Of a stretch of DNA of 64,000 bases, positions 60,212 to 64,000 are shown piece after piece. The DNA lies in NCBI GenBank assembly GCA_024693775.1, contig JAILKL010000068.1, positions 12,938-76,937 on the forward strand. The letters are read 5' to 3'. A program made the position numbers and the translations under genes. Within the stretch, counting starts at the first letter, position 1, and every line of letters starts with the position of its first letter. The DNA is from Pseudobutyrivibrio sp. Lineage in GTDB: Bacteria; Bacillota; Clostridia; Lachnospirales; Lachnospiraceae. The notes under the pieces are model-generated. The model had not been told where the DNA came from. It saw only the letters and a program-made list of their open reading frames with translations, and made no database searches.

Positions 60212-60406
60212 ATGAAAAAAAGAGGATTAGATAGAGAGTTAATTATTTCGTTGGGAGTGATAGCGCTTTTATTAGCCATAGGAATTGTCTTCATGGTCCT
60301 ATTTTTATTTGACATTGATATCACAAAAAATCTTTCAAGTGTAATAGGCTCATATTCAGGACTTTCAGGGTCTATCTGGTTGTTTCTTCTATGTAGAAAT
60401 TGTTGA
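60212..60406 (+). CDS. Small membrane protein (64 aa)
   Basis: Strong RBS AAGGAGG, ATG 60212, one clear TM helix. Confidence 0.55.
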   Translation: MKKRGLDRELIISLGVIALLLAIGIVFMVLFLFDIDITKNLSSVIGSYSGLSGSIWLFLLCRNC

Positions 60407-60431
60407 CTATGTTTAGTGGTTTACCTATAAT
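60403..60431 (+). promoter_or_regulatory. sigmaA promoter
   Basis: TTGACT-17 bp-TATAAT. Confidence 0.75.
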
Positions 60432-60515
60432 TTAAGTAGCTATATATTGTAGTAATTAAGAGTCTGCTCGCTATACCTAGCATATAGCAGGCTGGTTTAC
60501 GGAAGGTAATCACTT

Positions 60516-62000
60516 ATGAAAAAATTGTTTAGAAAATCTATTAGTTTAGTGGCGACACTTGTGCTTATTTTATCTATGAGTAATGTTGCTTTTGCACAGG
60601 GCACCACATCTATTTCAGTAACAAAAAGCTCAGTTGATGTTGGAGGCAAAACAACAGTTTCAGTTACAGCTTCAGAGAGCGGTACAGTTACAGTTAAATA
60701 CACAGCAAGCTTATTAAATTTAAATAGTTGTTCTGCATCAGGATACTCAGCAGAAGGTAATTCAGTTACATTCTCTGGAAAGTCTGGAGATTTAGAGTTT
60801 ATAGCAGCTGCCGAAGGTACAGCATCTATAATCGTGTCTTCGAGTGCATGCTCCGGCAGCAGTACTACAATTACTGTTGGTGGTTCATCAGCTTCAGATA
60901 GCGCTGCTACAGAGACAAAAGAGACTACTGATACATCAACAGAGGCCACAGAAGAGAATGCCACAGAAGAAACTACAGAAGAGACTGATACTACTGCAGA
61001 AGAAACAGAGGCAGCATCAGAAACTACAGCTGCACCTTCAGCATCAGCCGTCGGCACATTAAATTCAGATGGCGGATTTGACATTGATGGTGTTTCTTAT
61101 GTTGTGTCTGAAAGATATTCAAGCTCAGAGATTCCTTCAGGTTTCTCTAAGAAGACCATTACTATAGGCTCTAGCACATATAATGAGCTCAGCAATGGAA
61201 CAATCACACTTGTTTATTTAAAGCCAGCTGATAATACATCTGGTTCTGGAACATTTTACATTTATGATGAGGCTGCTAGTTCAGTATCTAGCTTCCTATA
61301 TTTAGGCAGCTCTGATAATTACGTAATTATTTCAACAGCAGATGCTACATTATCTAGTGCTATGACAGAAACATCACTAGAAGTTACTGGTGGCACAGCT
61401 GTTGCTTATACAGTTGATGGCTCAGAGTTCTTCTATATATATGGTACAAACCAGGACGGATATACTGGATGGTTTGTTTATGACAAGACATACGATACAC
61501 TTTCTCGAGTAGATACATCGTCTATTGGTACTTCATCTACAGAAGACACCAGCAGCGATACTTCATATGATGTCACAGAAACATATACTAAAAAGCTTGA
61601 TTTATTTAGAAAAATTATTTCTGCTCTTGTAGTACTTTGCGTAGTTTTATTATTCGTAATTATTAATATGTTCTTCCGTCGTTCAAACGAGGATGATTCA
61701 GAAGATGATATTTTTGCTACAAAGTCAGAAAAGAAATCAATTAGATTCCCACGTTCAATTGTCTTTAGAAAAGATGATGACGACGATATTTTCAGCAAAC
61801 GAGGCAATGATTATGCTGATGATGAAGACGAGGAGTATGATGAGGATGAAGAAGAACTAGACGAAGATGAGTTAGATGTAGATGAGGAATATGACGACGA
61901 GTATTACGACGAGGATGATGAAGAATACGAAGAGTCTACTCCTAGCTATTCAAGCTCAAATAGCGCTAGTTTAAATATGATGGATTTAAATGACCTATAA
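60516..62000 (+). CDS. Secreted/membrane-anchored protein: cohesin-like beta domain, T/E-rich linker, TM, acidic tail
   Basis: Signal peptide (AFA), Ser/Thr-rich beta region, TM near residue 375, D/E-rich C-terminus. Confidence 0.75.
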   Translation: MKKLFRKSISLVATLVLILSMSNVAFAQGTTSISVTKSSVDVGGKTTVSVTASESGTVTVKYTASLLNLNSCSASGYSAEGNSVTFSGKSGDLEFIAAAEGTASIIVSSSACSGSSTTITVGGSSASDSAATETKETTDTSTEATEENATEETTEETDTTAEETEAASETTAAPSASAVGTLNSDGGFDIDGVSYVVSERYSSSEIPSGFSKKTITIGSSTYNELSNGTITLVYLKPADNTSGSGTFYIYDEAASSVSSFLYLGSSDNYVIISTADATLSSAMTETSLEVTGGTAVAYTVDGSEFFYIYGTNQDGYTGWFVYDKTYDTLSRVDTSSIGTSSTEDTSSDTSYDVTETYTKKLDLFRKIISALVVLCVVLLFVIINMFFRRSNEDDSEDDIFATKSEKKSIRFPRSIVFRKDDDDDIFSKRGNDYADDEDEEYDEDEEELDEDELDVDEEYDDEYYDEDDEEYEESTPSYSSSNSASLNMMDLNDL

Positions 62001-62012
62001 AAGGAGAATTAA

Positions 62013-64000
62013 ATGATTGGATTAACAAAACAAGCAAAGCGTGCCATCGACGGTGCCACTAGACTTTCAAAGAGTTTACAGCATCATTATGTAGGTACAG
62101 AGCATCTGTTAATAGCAATTATTGAACAGGAAAATTCATTAGCTTCAAAGGTTTTGATTTCTAACGGTGTTACAAAGGATGCCCTTTTAAAACTTGTCGA
62201 GGAATTGATTTTTCCTGGTGGAGATGTCTCTGTCATGGAACGTGAGGGAAACACCCCTAAAATGGATCAATTATTAGAGCATGCAGAGGAAGAAGCTCTA
62301 AAGAGTGGTTCAAAGACCTTAGGTACAGAACATTTACTTTTAGCAATGATTAGAATGCAGGATTGCGCAGGCGCAAGATTGCTTAATTCTTTAGATGTTA
62401 GCCCACAGAAATTATTTGGTGAATTAGTGGCAGGTATGGGTGCGGAAGGCACTGTATACAAGGAAGAAATGCAGGCTATGAATAATCGTCATAAGGGAGA
62501 AGCATCTTCGCTAGAACAGTATTCTAGAGATTTAACAGAGATGGCTCTTGATGGTGAATTGGATCCTATAGTTGGCCGTGACAATGAAATTCAAAGAGTT
62601 ATTCAGATACTCTCTAGAAGAGGAAAGAATAATCCTTGTTTAATAGGTGAGCCGGGTGTAGGAAAAACTGCAATAGTAGAGGGCCTAGCCCAGAGAATTA
62701 TTGCAGGCACAGTCCCAGAATCTGTTAAGAACCTGCGAGTTTTATCGCTCGACTTATCAGGCATGGTTGCAGGCTCAAAATATAGAGGTGAGTTTGAGGA
62801 ACGTATCAAAAAAGTAATCGCAGAAGTAATAGAAGATGGAGACATTCTTTTATTTATCGATGAGATTCACACATTAATAGGTGCCGGTGGAGCAGAGGGA
62901 GCTATTGATGCTTCTAATATTTTAAAGCCAGCCATGGCACGTGGAGAGATTCAAATCCTTGGTGCAACCACTATTAGTGAATATAGAAAATATGTGGAAA
63001 AGGATGCAGCCTTAGAGCGTCGTTTCCAGCCAGTTATGGTTGAGGAGCCTAGCCCAGAAGAAACAATCGAAATCTTAAAGGGTGTTCGTCATTTATATGA
63101 AGAGCATCACGGGGTTGTTATTCCAGATGAGGCATGTGAGGCATGTGTGCACCTTTCTGAGAGATATATCACAGATAGATTTTTACCAGACAAGGCTATC
63201 GATCTGATGGATGAAGCAGCAGCTTCTATCAAGCTTTCTTCTGTAAAGGTTACAGAATCCGCAACAGATGAAATCGATATGCAGCTAGAAGATTTATCGC
63301 AGGCAATGGAAGACGCCATTATTAATGGAGAGTTTGATTTAGCCAGTGAAATCAAGCGTGAGAAGGATGAGCTCACAGAGGAAAAGCTTGCCCTAGAGAA
63401 AAAGCAAAAAAGAAAACGCAGCAATAAAGTAATTACTCTTACAGAAAATGATATTGCATCAGTGGTAGCTTTGTGGACGAAGATTCCAGTATCAAAGCTT
63501 ACAGAAAAAGAGGCTGAGAGATTACGTAGATTAGAAAGGACTCTACACAAGCGTGTTATAGGCCAGGAAGAGGCTGTATCTGCAGTTGCTAGAGCTGTTA
63601 GACGTGGTAGAGTTGGATTAAAGGAAAAGGGTAGACCTATTGGTTCGTTCTTATTCCTTGGTCCTACAGGTGTAGGTAAGACAGAAATATCAAAGGCATT
63701 AGCAGAAGCTATATTTGGTACAGAAGATTCCATGATACGTGTAGATATGAGTGAGTACATGGAAAAGCATAGCGTATCAAAGATGATAGGTTCGCCTCCA
63801 GGATATGTTGGTTTTGAAGAGGGAGGCCAGTTGTCCGAAAAGGTTCGCCGAAATCCATATTCTGTAATACTTTTTGATGAGATTGAAAAGGCACATCCTG
63901 ATGTATTTAATATTTTATTACAGGTATTAGATGATGGTCATATTACTGACTCTCAGGGCAGAAAGGTTGATTTCAAGAACACAATCATTATCATGACAAG
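62013..64000 (+). CDS. clpC: ATP-dependent Clp protease ATP-binding subunit, 3'-truncated by window edge
   Basis: Absent from the ORF track because there is no stop codon in the window. ATG after AAGGAG; two GTEHLL Clp-N repeats, [24 protein letters not shown]-like coil, [16 protein letters not shown]. Confidence 0.95.
   Translation, partial: MIGLTKQAKRAIDGATRLSKSLQHHYVGTEHLLIAIIEQENSLASKVLISNGVTKDALLKLVEELIFPGGDVSVMEREGNTPKMDQLLEHAEEEALKSGSKTLGTEHLLLAMIRMQDCAGARLLNSLDVSPQKLFGELVAGMGAEGTVYKEEMQAMNNRHKGEASSLEQYSRDLTEMALDGELDPIVGRDNEIQRVIQILSRRGKNNPCLIGEPGVGKTAIVEGLAQRIIAGTVPESVKNLRVLSLDLSGMVAGSKYRGEFEERIKKVIAEVIEDGDILLFIDEIHTLIGAGGAEGAIDASNILKPAMARGEIQILGATTISEYRKYVEKDAALERRFQPVMVEEPSPEETIEILKGVRHLYEEHHGVVIPDEACEACVHLSERYITDRFLPDKAIDLMDEAAASIKLSSVKVTESATDEIDMQLEDLSQAMEDAIINGEFDLASEIKREKDELTEEKLALEKKQKRKRSNKVITLTENDIASVVALWTKIPVSKLTEKEAERLRRLERTLHKRVIGQEEAVSAVARAVRRGRVGLKEKGRPIGSFLFLGPTGVGKTEISKALAEAIFGTEDSMIRVDMSEYMEKHSVSKMIGSPPGYVGFEEGGQLSEKVRRNPYSVILFDEIEKAHPDVFNILLQVLDDGHITDSQGRKVDFKNTIIIMT

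Noticed and set aside
60497-63894. Minus-strand ORFs 60497-61084, 61478-61807, 62267-62461, 62603-62845, 63107-63760 and similar short antisense ORFs throughout the window
   Set aside because: Antisense shadows of well-supported genes, without RBS or recognisable motifs

Overview
AT-rich Firmicutes chromosomal segment. Gene content and style suggest Lachnospiraceae (Butyrivibrio/Pseudobutyrivibrio-like); this is an inference. The core is mostly housekeeping: dtd, three tRNA-Leu genes, dgt-dnaG-rpoD-trmK, rnpB, carD-like, PPi-type phosphofructokinase, addBA, a sucrose-type ABC/phosphorylase/LacI/fructokinase locus, CIRCE-htpG, a GH13 glucosidase, a large acyl-CoA dehydratase activase, pyrG, an NCS2 permease and the 5' part of clpC. 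I found no transposase, integrase, prophage or CRISPR array. Four things stand out. (1) A six-gene Dlt-like operon at 1.4-7.9 kb encodes a transglutaminase-like surface protein, an Asp/Glu racemase, an adenylation enzyme whose pocket looks acidic-amino-acid specific, a carrier protein, an MBOAT with a fused DltX-like tail and a DltD-like protein with Cys in place of the SGNH Ser. It is a candidate D-Asp/D-Glu envelope-acylation pathway. (2) At 55-60 kb a catalytically degenerate glutamine synthetase, a pseudo-receiver ANTAR protein and an ANTAR hairpin/terminator leader precede pyrG and a purine permease, a candidate pseudoenzyme nitrogen sensor. (3) Two identical tRNA-Leu(AAG) genes with duplicated promoters bracket a 6-kb accessory islet. 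(4) An unannotated minus-strand sRNA candidate at about 17.3-17.5 kb carries two repeated SD-like motifs.
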